From assembly GCA_034669905.1 (NCBI GenBank), contig JAXMOL010000037.1, positions 1 to 64,000 of the forward strand: a stretch of DNA of 64,000 bases, written 5' to 3'. Shown in pieces: positions 9,640-19,554 of the stretch. The translations under genes and the position numbers were made by a program. The stretch is from Candidatus Hydrogenedentota bacterium (GTDB taxonomy: Bacteria; Hydrogenedentota; Hydrogenedentia; Hydrogenedentales; JAEUWI01). The first letter of the stretch is position 1. Each line of letters begins with the position of its first letter. Under the pieces are notes generated by a model. That model saw only the letters and a list, made by a program, of their open reading frames with translations. It did not search any database and was not told the origin of the DNA.

Positions 9640-9807
9640 TGGAGTTTTGTGGGACCGGTGGGGCGAGTATGACCAGCGGGACGGATAGACGTTCGTCACG
9701 TCTGATGGTCACGCCTCCTTGCGACGTGCCAGCGGCCTTTTATTCCGTACATCAAAGTTCCTACAATAGCTATCCATCGAAACCAGATCCATGAAGGAGT
9801 TTGCGTC

Positions 9808-10851
9808 ATGCATCGTTTTTCCATTAATCGCCGGCAGTTCCTCGCCGGTACGGCAGCGGCCACCGTGGGCTCGGCACTGGGTGTCTCCACGGCCAATGCC
9901 AAAGAAGAAGAGTCCCTCGGGTTGTCCCCGTCCACGACTTATCCCGAGCAGCGGGCGGAGCTATCTATCGCCGACCCCTCCCGAATCCGTATGCTTCAGT
10001 TGACAGATATCCATTTCTTCTGCAAGAAAGAGGAGCCCGCCCGGGACAAGCAAACCCTGGAAGATATTCCACGGTTGATTGAAAAGACCCAGCCGGAGCT
10101 TCTCCTGATTTCCGGTGACCTCTGGCACGATAATCCCGACGGTCAGGGGCGGGCCTACATGGAGTTCGCCCTGGAGCAACTGGGTAAATGGGGTGTGCCC
10201 TGGCTCTTTACCTGGGGCAACCACGACCGCCTGAGTGATTACGTGGCGGGCCACGATGTGCTCCATGACGCGCGCCATTCCCTCTACCGGGGTGGGGCGA
10301 GTGGGGGCAATTATGTGGTTTCGCTGAAAGACAAAGCCGGCGAGGACGTGTGGGATATCATCTGCATGAATTCCATGGATCGGGGTCTGCTCCAGCCCCA
10401 GCGCGATTGGCTCAAGGCCCTGCCGAAACAGGCATATCGTCCCCGGGCGAAAAACGCGTTTTCGGTGGTCCATATTCCGGTGGCCCAATACACCGACATT
10501 CGCGCGCAGAAAGACACGGGCGGCGTCTTCCTGGAGGACGTGTGCTCGTGGGATGAAGACGGCACCACGTTGCCCATACTGGACGCACTGGGCACGGTGC
10601 GGGCCTATTTCTGCGGCCACGACCACGTGAATGATTACAAGGGCACCTGGGGCGGCGTGGAGCTGAACTATGGGCGTGCCACGGGCCATGGCGGCTATGG
10701 CGGCAACAAGGTGCCCAAGGGCGCCAAGATCATTACGGTGAATGCCCAGTCGGGCAAACACACGTCGGAAAGCATCCTGCCCGATGGCAGCACCTGGAAC
10801 GGTGAACCGGGGAAAATCATTGATACCGTCGAGGCCCTGCCCTGGGCCTGA
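9808..10851 (+). CDS. Tat-exported calcineurin-like metallophosphoesterase
   Basis: NRRQFL Tat motif; DIH, GD, GNHD, HIP, GHDH motifs. Confidence 0.88.
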   Translation: MHRFSINRRQFLAGTAAATVGSALGVSTANAKEEESLGLSPSTTYPEQRAELSIADPSRIRMLQLTDIHFFCKKEEPARDKQTLEDIPRLIEKTQPELLLISGDLWHDNPDGQGRAYMEFALEQLGKWGVPWLFTWGNHDRLSDYVAGHDVLHDARHSLYRGGASGGNYVVSLKDKAGEDVWDIICMNSMDRGLLQPQRDWLKALPKQAYRPRAKNAFSVVHIPVAQYTDIRAQKDTGGVFLEDVCSWDEDGTTLPILDALGTVRAYFCGHDHVNDYKGTWGGVELNYGRATGHGGYGGNKVPKGAKIITVNAQSGKHTSESILPDGSTWNGEPGKIIDTVEALPWA

Positions 10852-10900
10852 TGCGTTGGCCCCCGCGGTGCCCCAAGGGGTGGCGCGGGGGCCGTTGTCT

Positions 10901-10937
10901 TGTGGGACGAGTGGGACCGTTGGGACCTGTGCGACGG
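10901..10937. repeat. 9-bp-period TGGGAC repeat
   Basis: 35/37 identical to the reverse complement of 22528-22564; related GTGGAC array at 26837-26869. Confidence 0.8.
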
Positions 10938-11075
10938 GTAGACCTTGGCCGCCTTTGATGGGGGCCGTCTTTGTTGACCAAAAAATCCAATGGCAGCCCT
11001 CTTGCTCCTCGTCGGTGCCGTCCCACGGGTCTCACACAACTTGCAGCCCTTACGGCGCGCCGTTACAATCATCCG

Positions 11076-12443
11076 ATGACCCACCACCGCACATGGGCCC
11101 TTGGGGCCACCCTTTTCGCCGGGCTGGCCCTGGCCGGCTGCGACGCCATCCAACGGGATAGCGCCGACCCCTCGGTCACGGCACCGGTAGAAATGGCGGT
11201 CTTCGAAGGCGGCTACGGCATCGGGTGGCACCAGAAAGTGGCGGCGACCTATAACGCAGAAAAGGCGGCGGAGGGTACGAAGGTCGATCTCTGGGGCGAC
11301 CCCCGGGTGATTGAAAAGGTGAAGCCCCGGCTTTTACGGGGCGACCCACCCGACCTCATGCTTATGAACCACCTGCCCATCTGGCGGCTTGTGGCGGCGG
11401 ATAAGCTCGCCCCGCTCAATGCGGCCCTCGATCAGCCTCTGCCCGGACGAGACCGGCCCTGGCGGGAGGAATTCATCCCCGGCACGCTGGATACCTACAC
11501 GAGCGAGGGCCAGGTCTACGCCATCCCGTCGGCATTCGGCGCCTACGCCTGTTGGTATGACGCGCGGCTTTTCCGGGAACACGGCTGGGAACCGCCGACG
11601 ACCTGGGCGGAGTTTGAGGCCCTGTGTGAGGCCATCAAAGCCGCGGGTATCGCGCCCTTTGCCTACCAGGGAAAGTATCCCATCTATGCGTGGTGGACCT
11701 TTCAGACCATTGTACAGCGGTGTGGCGGCCTGGCGGCCATCAACCGCATTAACGCCCTGGAACCGGGGGCCTTCAGTCATCCCGACGTAATTCGTGCGGC
11801 GGGCCTGCTCCAGAAACTGGGCACCGAATATTTCCAGAAGGGCGCGCTGGCCATGACCCACACGGAAAGCCAGCTCCAGTTTATTAACAACCAGGCGGCC
11901 ATGATTTTTTGCGGACTCTGGCTTTCCAACGAGATGAAGGCCAGCACGCCACCGACTTTCGAGATGCGCTGTTTCAACGTGCCGCCCGTGGAAGGGGGCA
12001 AGGGGAACCCCGCGCTCTTTAACGGCGCGGGTTGGGAATATATTTACATGAGTGCGAATGCGCGCCACCCCGAAGCCACCCTCGATTTCCTGCGCCATAT
12101 GATTTCGCCCGCACAGGCCCCCGACATGGGACGGAGCATCGGCGTGATTACGGCCATGAAAGGCGCCACGCCCCGGGATGCCGTGACGCCGCCCCTCCAG
12201 TCGGCGCTGGATATGATTGAAAACGCCGAGGGTATCTTTCGCATTCGCCTGGAAGACCTGTTGCTGACCTGGCGGGTTCAGGTGATGGAGCCGGGTACGA
12301 GTCAGTTGTTAGCGGGCGAGATTACACCGGAAGAATATTGCCGTCGCCTTGATGAGGGCGTGGCCGTCGCCGTGGCCGATCCCGACGCGATCCTGCCGCC
12401 GCCCGTGGCCTATGACCCGGCGGCCTTTGGGGAGCCCTTATGA
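11076..12443 (+). CDS. Sugar ABC transporter substrate-binding lipoprotein (NgcE-like)
   Basis: Lipobox LAGC; FEGGYG; PPTTWAEF..LCE; followed by two permeases. Confidence 0.88.
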   Translation: MTHHRTWALGATLFAGLALAGCDAIQRDSADPSVTAPVEMAVFEGGYGIGWHQKVAATYNAEKAAEGTKVDLWGDPRVIEKVKPRLLRGDPPDLMLMNHLPIWRLVAADKLAPLNAALDQPLPGRDRPWREEFIPGTLDTYTSEGQVYAIPSAFGAYACWYDARLFREHGWEPPTTWAEFEALCEAIKAAGIAPFAYQGKYPIYAWWTFQTIVQRCGGLAAINRINALEPGAFSHPDVIRAAGLLQKLGTEYFQKGALAMTHTESQLQFINNQAAMIFCGLWLSNEMKASTPPTFEMRCFNVPPVEGGKGNPALFNGAGWEYIYMSANARHPEATLDFLRHMISPAQAPDMGRSIGVITAMKGATPRDAVTPPLQSALDMIENAEGIFRIRLEDLLLTWRVQVMEPGTSQLLAGEITPEEYCRRLDEGVAVAVADPDAILPPPVAYDPAAFGEPL

Positions 12444-13372
12444 GTCTGCGCGCGAAAGAAGAGCGTCGATTCATTCTGGTCTTTCTGGCGCCCGCCTTTT
12501 TGCTCTTTACCGCCCTGGTCTTTTTGCCCGCGGTGCGCGCCCTGCTCTACAGCCTGCAGAAGTGGGATGGACTCGGTACGCCGGAATGGATTGGCTTCGG
12601 GAATTTCGTCCGTCTCCTGCGGGACGACACGATTTTCCTGGTGGCGCTGGGGCATAACCTCCTGCTTTTTGCGATTGCCGGTGGGCTGACCATTGCCATG
12701 GCCCTGTTTTTTGCCTCCCTGTTGAGCCAGAAAATTCGGGGGGCTTCGCTCTTTCGGATTGCCTTCTTCTTTCCCAACGTGATCGCCCTCGTGGCCGTGG
12801 CCCTGTTGTGGATTCTGCTCTACAGCACCACGGAGTTTGGTGTGATTAATGCCGTGCTGGCCCGGGTGGAAGGGGCTGCCGGTACGGCGGCAGGCCTCGT
12901 GGGGCTTTCGGCACCTGACTGGGAGCTGCCCTTTCCCTTTCTCCAATCCAAGCACCTCATGGCGTCCATCATTCCCATGATGGTGTGGAGTGCCACCGGT
13001 TTTTACATGGTCTTGTTTCTGGCGGCCATGGGGGGGATTCCTCAGAGTTACTATGAGGCGGCCCGCCTGGAAGGGGCGAGCCACTGGCAACAGTTCCGCC
13101 ATATCACCCTGCCCCTGTTGCGAGAGATTCTCGTGGTGGCCGTGGTCTTTCTTATCATCAGTATCATGAAATATTTTGACCCCATCTGGGTGATGGAAAA
13201 CGAAGTGCCCAACCGGGAATCCCACGTGATGGCGACCTTGCTCTATCAGAAGGTCTTCACGGAATACGACATGGGCTACGCCTCCGCCGTGGCGGTGTTG
13301 CTGTTTATCATCGTGCTCGCGGCCTCGACCTTCAGTATGATGTGGTCGCGCAAAGAACGGATTGAGTATTGA
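12440..13372 (+). CDS. Sugar ABC transporter permease
   Basis: EAA motif YYEAARLEGA; ITLPLL; overlaps the stop of the binding-protein gene. Confidence 0.92.
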   Translation: MSLRAKEERRFILVFLAPAFLLFTALVFLPAVRALLYSLQKWDGLGTPEWIGFGNFVRLLRDDTIFLVALGHNLLLFAIAGGLTIAMALFFASLLSQKIRGASLFRIAFFFPNVIALVAVALLWILLYSTTEFGVINAVLARVEGAAGTAAGLVGLSAPDWELPFPFLQSKHLMASIIPMMVWSATGFYMVLFLAAMGGIPQSYYEAARLEGASHWQQFRHITLPLLREILVVAVVFLIISIMKYFDPIWVMENEVPNRESHVMATLLYQKVFTEYDMGYASAVAVLLFIIVLAASTFSMMWSRKERIEY

Positions 13373-13399
13373 TGCGGGCGATGGATGCAAATCGACGCG

Positions 13400-13735
13400 T
13401 TGTGCCACCCCCGTTGGGGATTCGAGCTGCGGATGGCTGTGCGATACCCAGGGTTGCGCTCGTTCCTCGCTCCACCCTGGGCTACGATATGTCGCCCCTT
13501 CGGGGCTTTTCGCCCGCTACCACGTCTCGTTTGGGAGTGGGGCGGGGGGCCGTCCTAAGGAGCCAAGATCAATCGTGCCGCGGGATGCCGAGGTACGAGG
13601 CTTCGTGCGCATTGTCCACGCCTTCGGGAACGAACCCGTCAGGACTCGTTGATACTCGCCTTCTCGGGATCGCGCGGCACGATTGCACCCACAAGCTTCG
13701 CCGGGAACCGGCTACGCTTGAGGGTGGCACCCTTG
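13400..13735. repeat. Composite of three repeat families inside the ABC operon
   Basis: REP-like cccagggttgcgctcgttcctcgctccaccctggg (13447-13481); element 13574-13681 similar to 42520-42670; cacccacaagc...gcttgagggtggcacc (13686-13731). Confidence 0.8.
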
Positions 13736-13808
13736 GGTGCGATTCCCTGACCCCTATCCGTGCCCACAACAAATATACCGTCAGTATCCCCCCGGGAGTC
13801 TGTTAACC

Positions 13809-14942
13809 ATGGAACGCCTCCGAAAATACGTCGTCTACACCATCCTCATCGGCTGGCTCTTCGCCGTGGCCCTGCCCATGGTTTGGGTGCTGGTGAATTC
13901 CCTGCGGAGTTCCCAGGAGTTCGTGCAGAACCCCTTTGGCATGCCGTGGGTCATCACGGGCACTACGCCGGATAGAATGTTGGAACGAAAGGAAATCGAG
14001 GCCGCAATTGGCGGTAGCGCTCCACCACAGTTCGATCAAGCCAAATGGGACGGAGCGCTCCAACATTTACTGAATGATTTTGATCGTCTCGACCGCAATC
14101 GAAACGGTATATTGGAAGATGAGGACACTAGGATGATGTCCGACTATGTGCCGTTTATCCTAGGGTATGTCGAGCATATAGAGGCGGTGGCGAGCCGTCC
14201 CCTGGCCCGTTCGGCGGCCTTTGAGAACTATCGCAAGGCCTGGGTGGAGTCGAATTTCAGCACCTTCTTCTTCAACAGTATCTGGGTGACCTTCTGGTCG
14301 CTCCTGGGCACCCTGTCCTTGGCGAGTATGGCGGCCTATGTGTTGGCGCGCTTCGAGTTTCGGGGTAGCCGACTGCTCTTTATGTTTTTCATCAGCGGCA
14401 TGATGATTCCCGCCCAATTACTGTTGATTCCTGTGTTCTTTGAATATAGTTGGCTCTCTGAACTGGGCACCCAACTGCTCCATCCCTTTGGCCTGGAGTT
14501 TCAGCTCTACGATTCTCACTTCGGACTCATCATGCTCTACATCGCGCTGAGCCTTCCCTTCACCATTCTCGTGTTGACGGGCTTCTTTAAGTCCCTTCCG
14601 GGGGCCTTGCGGGAGGCGGCGATTCTGGATGGTTGCCGCGAGTACCGTGTCTTCTGGCACGTCATGTTGCCCCTGGCCAAACCGGGACTGGTCACCGCCG
14701 GAATTTTTAATTTCCTGGGTATCTGGAACGAATATATATTCGCGTTGGTCTTTGTGAATACCCCGGAGAAAAAGACCCTGCCCCTGGGGCTGGCGAGCGT
14801 GAGTATTCAGGCCCAGTACAAGACCGATTTCGGACTCATGTTTGCCGGCCTGGTGATCGTGGTGATTCCGACCTTGCTGGTGTATATCCTGTTGCAGCGA
14901 AGGCTGACCGACGGGATTACCATGGGCGCGCTCAAGGGCTGA
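13809..14942 (+). CDS. Sugar ABC transporter permease with an enlarged loop carrying an EF-hand-like motif
   Basis: EAAILDG, FLGIWNEY, GITMGALKG; loop contains DRNRNGILEDED. Confidence 0.9.
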   Translation: MERLRKYVVYTILIGWLFAVALPMVWVLVNSLRSSQEFVQNPFGMPWVITGTTPDRMLERKEIEAAIGGSAPPQFDQAKWDGALQHLLNDFDRLDRNRNGILEDEDTRMMSDYVPFILGYVEHIEAVASRPLARSAAFENYRKAWVESNFSTFFFNSIWVTFWSLLGTLSLASMAAYVLARFEFRGSRLLFMFFISGMMIPAQLLLIPVFFEYSWLSELGTQLLHPFGLEFQLYDSHFGLIMLYIALSLPFTILVLTGFFKSLPGALREAAILDGCREYRVFWHVMLPLAKPGLVTAGIFNFLGIWNEYIFALVFVNTPEKKTLPLGLASVSIQAQYKTDFGLMFAGLVIVVIPTLLVYILLQRRLTDGITMGALKG

Positions 14943-15066
14943 GTATTTGGGGGTGTGTGGGGTAGCCGCCCTATGGAGCGCCGTCGGCCCGACGGCATCC
15001 GTGCGTAGCACGGGAAATGGTGTCGTTTGACGCGCCGCAGGCGGGAATGTCCAAGCCCCTGAAATC

Positions 15067-15101
15067 AAAAAGGCCCCACGGGGGGTGTTCCCATGGGGCC
15101 T
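15067..15101 (-). terminator. Intrinsic terminator of the GDPD gene
   Basis: aaaaaggcccca...tggggcct hairpin. Confidence 0.7.
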
Positions 15102-15119
15102 CTCAATCTCAATCGTCGT

Positions 15120-16055
15120 TTAGCGCATGTCGGTGAGAACCGTACGGAGGAGGTCCGGGCGGTTGGTGATGATGGCGTCCACGCCGAGGTCGATGTAGCG
15201 CTTCATGTCATCTTCCCCATCGACGGTCCAGACGGCTACGGTTTTACCGGCGTCGTGGAATTGGGCAAGTCGTTCGGCATTGATGGAGCCGTGGCTCACG
15301 TTGAAGCCTGCCACATCAATGAGCATGCCCCACTTGATGAAGTTATCCCACTGCTCGGGCTTCTCGTCATTGTAGCCGCCCAGGTATTCCGTGCGGATTT
15401 CCGGGGCTTCCAAAAGGGCCATGAGGCAGACGATGGGGGAGAAGGACTGAATAACGACCTCCTTCTCCATCCTGGCCGCGCGGATATCGGCGATGGCGTT
15501 GCGGGTGAGGAGCACGTTGCGGTTGCCACTGGCGTCGGCCAGGTGGAGCATTTCCTCCTTGAGGGCGCTATCCAGCGAATTGGCCCCTTCGGCGGCGGCC
15601 CAGAGCTGCTTCATGAGCGCACCATCACTGGCGATGCTCTTAATCTCCACATAGACGCCGATGCGGCCCTTGGCCATGGCGAGGGATTCAGCGAGGGTGG
15701 GCAGGGTTTCCCCGGCAAACTGGGCATCCTTCCAGCTTCCCGCGTCGAGGGTCTTGAGTTCCTCGAGGGTCTTATCCGCCACGGGGCCCGTGCCATTGGT
15801 GCAGCGGTCCAGGTCGCCATCGTGGGAAACGATGACCACGTCGTCTTTGGTCAGCAGACAATCCAGTTCATACCATTCGGCATCCATCTCATGGGCCAAT
15901 TCGAAGGCCACGAGGGTATTTTCGGGTGCGTAGGCACTCGCTCCCCGGTGGGCGATGATGGCCACCTTATCTTTCGGTTCAATCATAGTGCTTCCTGTGG
16001 TGGCACAACCGGCCAGGGCCAGGGTGGCCAGCAAATAGATAGCGAAAATGCGCAT
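15120..16055 (-). CDS. Glycerophosphodiester phosphodiesterase family lipoprotein
   Basis: IAHRGAS..APENT, ELD...TKD, HD, WTVD, IITNRP. Confidence 0.93.
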   Translation of the reverse strand: MRIFAIYLLATLALAGCATTGSTMIEPKDKVAIIAHRGASAYAPENTLVAFELAHEMDAEWYELDCLLTKDDVVIVSHDGDLDRCTNGTGPVADKTLEELKTLDAGSWKDAQFAGETLPTLAESLAMAKGRIGVYVEIKSIASDGALMKQLWAAAEGANSLDSALKEEMLHLADASGNRNVLLTRNAIADIRAARMEKEVVIQSFSPIVCLMALLEAPEIRTEYLGGYNDEKPEQWDNFIKWGMLIDVAGFNVSHGSINAERLAQFHDAGKTVAVWTVDGEDDMKRYIDLGVDAIITNRPDLLRTVLTDMR

Positions 16056-16244
16056 GCTTAACTCCTGTGGGTACTACGGTCTCAATTCCGCGACAGTATG
16101 CCTGCTCGCGAAGAGCAATTCAATGGGAATGCCCGTGGCTGGACACCTCCGCCCGGTTTCCGCTATCGTGATTCTCCGGTTGCTGTGGGTCGGGGAACTT
16201 TGTCTTCGGAAGCGGTGGCCGGCACACCCAAGAGGAGAGCGTCC

Positions 16245-17651
16245 ATGCAACTTTCTATGACCCTGTTCGCCGTGGCGGCCGTGCTGGTGGGCCTGTCGCC
16301 CCATGCGTTGGCCGGCGAAAAACAGCTGACCTTCACGCCCAAGAATCACGACTTGGACAACAACGACAACTTTTCCCCCGACGGCCGCTTTATCTGCTAT
16401 GACACGCGGGAAATGGAAGGTCCGGGCATCGACAACGGCCAGACCATCGAGCTCGTGGAGATCGCCACCGGGAAAGAGACCCTGCTCTACACGCCCCCCC
16501 AGACGGTCATCGGCGAGAATCCCGCGCCCGGTGTGGGGGCCGTATCCTTCTCCGGCACCGAGAATAAGGTGGCCTTTATCCATGGTCCGCCGGTGGAGGA
16601 GGTGCCCGTTCGTGGTCCCTATGGCAAGCCCAACCGCCAGGGGGCCGAGGTCATCACCGATGGCACCGGTACGCCCGCGGAGCAAGGGGGCTATGAAAAG
16701 TCCTGGCTCGACTTCCGCGACATCGCGACAGACCGGGACACAATTCCCGGTGCCCACCGGGGGGGCACGCACCGCCACGAATACACGCTGGATGGCAAGC
16801 GGATCGGCTTCACCTACAACGATTTTCTCATGCCCGAATATGACCGGACGGTCGGTTATATGGTGCCTCACCCCAAGGCCCCGGAAGGCGCGAGCCACTA
16901 TTTTGCGAACCTGGTGCCCATCGTCCCCAAGGGTACGGCCAAGCCCGGCGAGATTGAGCATGCGTCCAAAGATTCGTGGGTGGGGCGTCATGGCCTCATG
17001 CGGGCCTTTGTGGGCACGGTCCGCAATCCTGACGGCGAGACCTATGAAAACTCCCTTTTCATGATCGACATCCCCGCCGATGTGGACATCACCACGGCCG
17101 ATTCCGGGAGTGCGACCCGCTACCCCAGCCCGCCGAAAGGCACCAGCATCCGCCGGATGACCCACACGTGGGCCAAGGGCACGGTGCGCGGCAGTTTCGA
17201 TGGCAAGCAGGTGGCCTACTATGCCAAGGCCCCCGATGGCACGACCCAGATCTTTGTTATCCCTTCGGATGGATCGGACAAGTCAGAAGACCCGGCGAAA
17301 CGGCCCAGGCAGGCGACGTTCCTTCCCGAAGGCTCGGAAGACGGTATCCGCTGGCACCCCTCCGGCAATACGGTTTTCAGCATCAGCAACGGGGGCATCG
17401 TGGCCACCTGCGTGAAGCCGGGCACCCACTTTGGCCGTTCCGTGTTCTTGACCGGGCAGGCCGACGGGCCGGAGCGTATCAAGCTCACGTCTTCGCAAGA
17501 TGGCACGATGCTGGCCTTTAACAAGGCGGTGCCGACGAAAGACGCGTCGGGGGAGATCGTGAAGGCCTGGAGTGGCAGTGACGTGCTCCAGATCTTTACG
17601 GTGGCCTTTCCCGATGAAAATGGCGACGGCATCATCGACGGCCTCGACTGA
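16245..17651 (+). CDS. YidR/DUF3748-like secreted beta-propeller protein
   Basis: AGGAG RBS, signal peptide, KQLTFTPKNH.L.N..NFSPDG..I.YD.R, GAHRGGTH.H. Confidence 0.75.
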   Translation: MQLSMTLFAVAAVLVGLSPHALAGEKQLTFTPKNHDLDNNDNFSPDGRFICYDTREMEGPGIDNGQTIELVEIATGKETLLYTPPQTVIGENPAPGVGAVSFSGTENKVAFIHGPPVEEVPVRGPYGKPNRQGAEVITDGTGTPAEQGGYEKSWLDFRDIATDRDTIPGAHRGGTHRHEYTLDGKRIGFTYNDFLMPEYDRTVGYMVPHPKAPEGASHYFANLVPIVPKGTAKPGEIEHASKDSWVGRHGLMRAFVGTVRNPDGETYENSLFMIDIPADVDITTADSGSATRYPSPPKGTSIRRMTHTWAKGTVRGSFDGKQVAYYAKAPDGTTQIFVIPSDGSDKSEDPAKRPRQATFLPEGSEDGIRWHPSGNTVFSISNGGIVATCVKPGTHFGRSVFLTGQADGPERIKLTSSQDGTMLAFNKAVPTKDASGEIVKAWSGSDVLQIFTVAFPDENGDGIIDGLD

Positions 17652-17671
17652 TTAAGCTGGCTTTTACTTCC

Positions 17672-17705
17672 CGGGGCGTTTTCACCACGTGGTGAAAACG
17701 CCCCG
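17672..17705. promoter_or_regulatory. Perfect 34-bp palindrome
   Basis: cggggcgttttcaccacgtggtgaaaacgccccg equals its own reverse complement. Confidence 0.6.
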
Positions 17706-17725
17706 TGCTATGTCTGGATAAGAGA

Positions 17726-18871
17726 ATGGGTAGTCATCCACGTTTTGTATTGGCCTTGTGTAACGCGGGCATGGGCTGTGTGGCCCTGGGTGCCAGCCTG
17801 GTGCCCGTGTATCTCACGACCCTGGGGGAGGTCTTTGGTGGCCTAGAGGCCAGTGCATTGGGCCGCATCCCGGCCCTGGTCTTTGCCGGCTTCGTCTTGG
17901 GTATCGTAGGGACGGGCCCCCTGGCCGATCGCTATGGTGCACGCCCTTTCGTGCTGCTGGGTATGGCGCTCAGTGTTTCGGGGCTCCTCCTGCTGGCGAC
18001 GAGCACGGGCTATGCCATGTTGTTGTGCGCCGCCCTGTTTATCGGGCTGGGTGCCGGTGTCATTGACATGGTCATGAGTCCCATCGTGTCGGCCCTTTCG
18101 ATTGCCGATCGCACCACAGCGCTCAACCGATTGCACGCGTACTACTGTGTCGGGGCGATCGGGACGTTGGTGGTGGCCTCGGTCATGTTGCGGCTGGGTG
18201 CGCCCTGGCGCGTCGTGGTCGGGGCCTTTGCGGCCATTCCCGCCGCCGTTTTCGTGGGCTTTCTGCTCTCCGTCTTGCCGCCCCTGGTGCACCCCGATGC
18301 GCCGCGACAGGGCCTGCGGCGCCTCATCTTTCTGCCCCGATTTCATCTTGCCCTCGCGGGGATGGTGTTGGTGGGGGCCACAGAAGAGGGTATGGCCCAG
18401 TGGTTGCCGGCCTATGCCGAGCGTGCCCTGGGTTTCAGTAAGACGACGGCGGCGCTGGGGCTCATGGGCTTTGCCGCGGCCATGGGGCTGGGACGTTTGC
18501 TGGCTGCCCGTTTGGACGGACGTTGGTCGGGGGCGCAGCTATTGTTTTTCGGTGCGCTCTGGTGCGGTGCGGGTTTTCTGGTAGGGGCCCTTTCGCCCAT
18601 CCCTGCGGTGGCGCTGGCGGGGTGTGTGGCCGTGGGCTTTGGAGCCAGTGTGTTGTGGCCCACCAGTCTCGCGCGTTGCGCCGATACCTTTCCCCACGGT
18701 GGTGCAACGCTTTTCGCGGCGCTGGCGGCGGCGGGAAATGCGGGTTGCCTTGCGGCCCCCTTGCTCTGTGGGTATATGGTGGAATATGGGGGCCTTCGCG
18801 TCGCCATGGGGATGGGGGCGCTGTATCCCCTCGTGTTGGCAGCAATGGTCGCGGTGACCGCACGGCGGTAG
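17726..18871 (+). CDS. MFS transporter
   Basis: About 12 hydrophobic segments; motif A GPLADRYGAR. Confidence 0.9.
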   Translation: MGSHPRFVLALCNAGMGCVALGASLVPVYLTTLGEVFGGLEASALGRIPALVFAGFVLGIVGTGPLADRYGARPFVLLGMALSVSGLLLLATSTGYAMLLCAALFIGLGAGVIDMVMSPIVSALSIADRTTALNRLHAYYCVGAIGTLVVASVMLRLGAPWRVVVGAFAAIPAAVFVGFLLSVLPPLVHPDAPRQGLRRLIFLPRFHLALAGMVLVGATEEGMAQWLPAYAERALGFSKTTAALGLMGFAAAMGLGRLLAARLDGRWSGAQLLFFGALWCGAGFLVGALSPIPAVALAGCVAVGFGASVLWPTSLARCADTFPHGGATLFAALAAAGNAGCLAAPLLCGYMVEYGGLRVAMGMGALYPLVLAAMVAVTARR

Positions 18872-19050
18872 TGGAGGGACGCGCTTGCCGTTGAGGCCGT
18901 TTTCGGGTCGTGGGTGGGATAGTGGGTTGGCGAGGAAGTCTCTTCCTCGGGTGTGCGAGATTTCACCCTTTTGATGCGAATTCTGCTACCATAGTGCGGA
19001 ACAGGAACTTGGGGTGTGCGAATGGGGGCGGATTTTTTGGGAGAGAGACT

Positions 19051-19503
19051 ATGTCGACGAAACGCCAGGGATTTACCCTGATTGAAATCATGATTGTGGT
19101 GGCCATTATTGCTGTGATTGCCGCCATTGCCATTCCCAACCTGCTTCGGTCCAAGTTGCAGACCAACGAGGCCTCCGCTGTAAGTGATTTGCGTACGGTC
19201 TGTGCCGCCCAGATGGCCTGTTCCACCGCCCGGCTTACCTTCGGTAGTTTCGCTACCCTGGTCGACGAGGTGGATGGGGTCGGCACGGCCTTCCTGGATA
19301 CCTCGTGGTTTGAAGGCCGCGAGAAGGCGGGTTACATCTTCACCATGCCCGAGGCGGATGCCGATTCGTTTACCTGTTTTGCAGACCCCATTGCACTGGG
19401 CTCCACGGGCAGTCGCTTTTTCCGCATAGATACGTCGGGGGTCATTCGTTTTTCACCCGGCGGACAGCCCGGACCGGATGCGGCCTCCCTGGGTGAGAGC
19501 TGA
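19051..19503 (+). CDS. Type IV pilin-like protein
   Basis: Class III signal QG|FTLIEIMIVVAIIAVIAAIAIPNL; NEASA motif. Confidence 0.9.
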   Translation: MSTKRQGFTLIEIMIVVAIIAVIAAIAIPNLLRSKLQTNEASAVSDLRTVCAAQMACSTARLTFGSFATLVDEVDGVGTAFLDTSWFEGREKAGYIFTMPEADADSFTCFADPIALGSTGSRFFRIDTSGVIRFSPGGQPGPDAASLGES

Positions 19504-19554
19504 TAACCGTCCCAGGCGCTTGTGCCGGGTGCCCAGGCTGGGGCAGAATGTCCT

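Noticed and set aside
11076..14942. Sugar ABC locus lacking an ATPase
   Set aside because: Common for carbohydrate importers that share an MsmX/MsiK-type ATPase.
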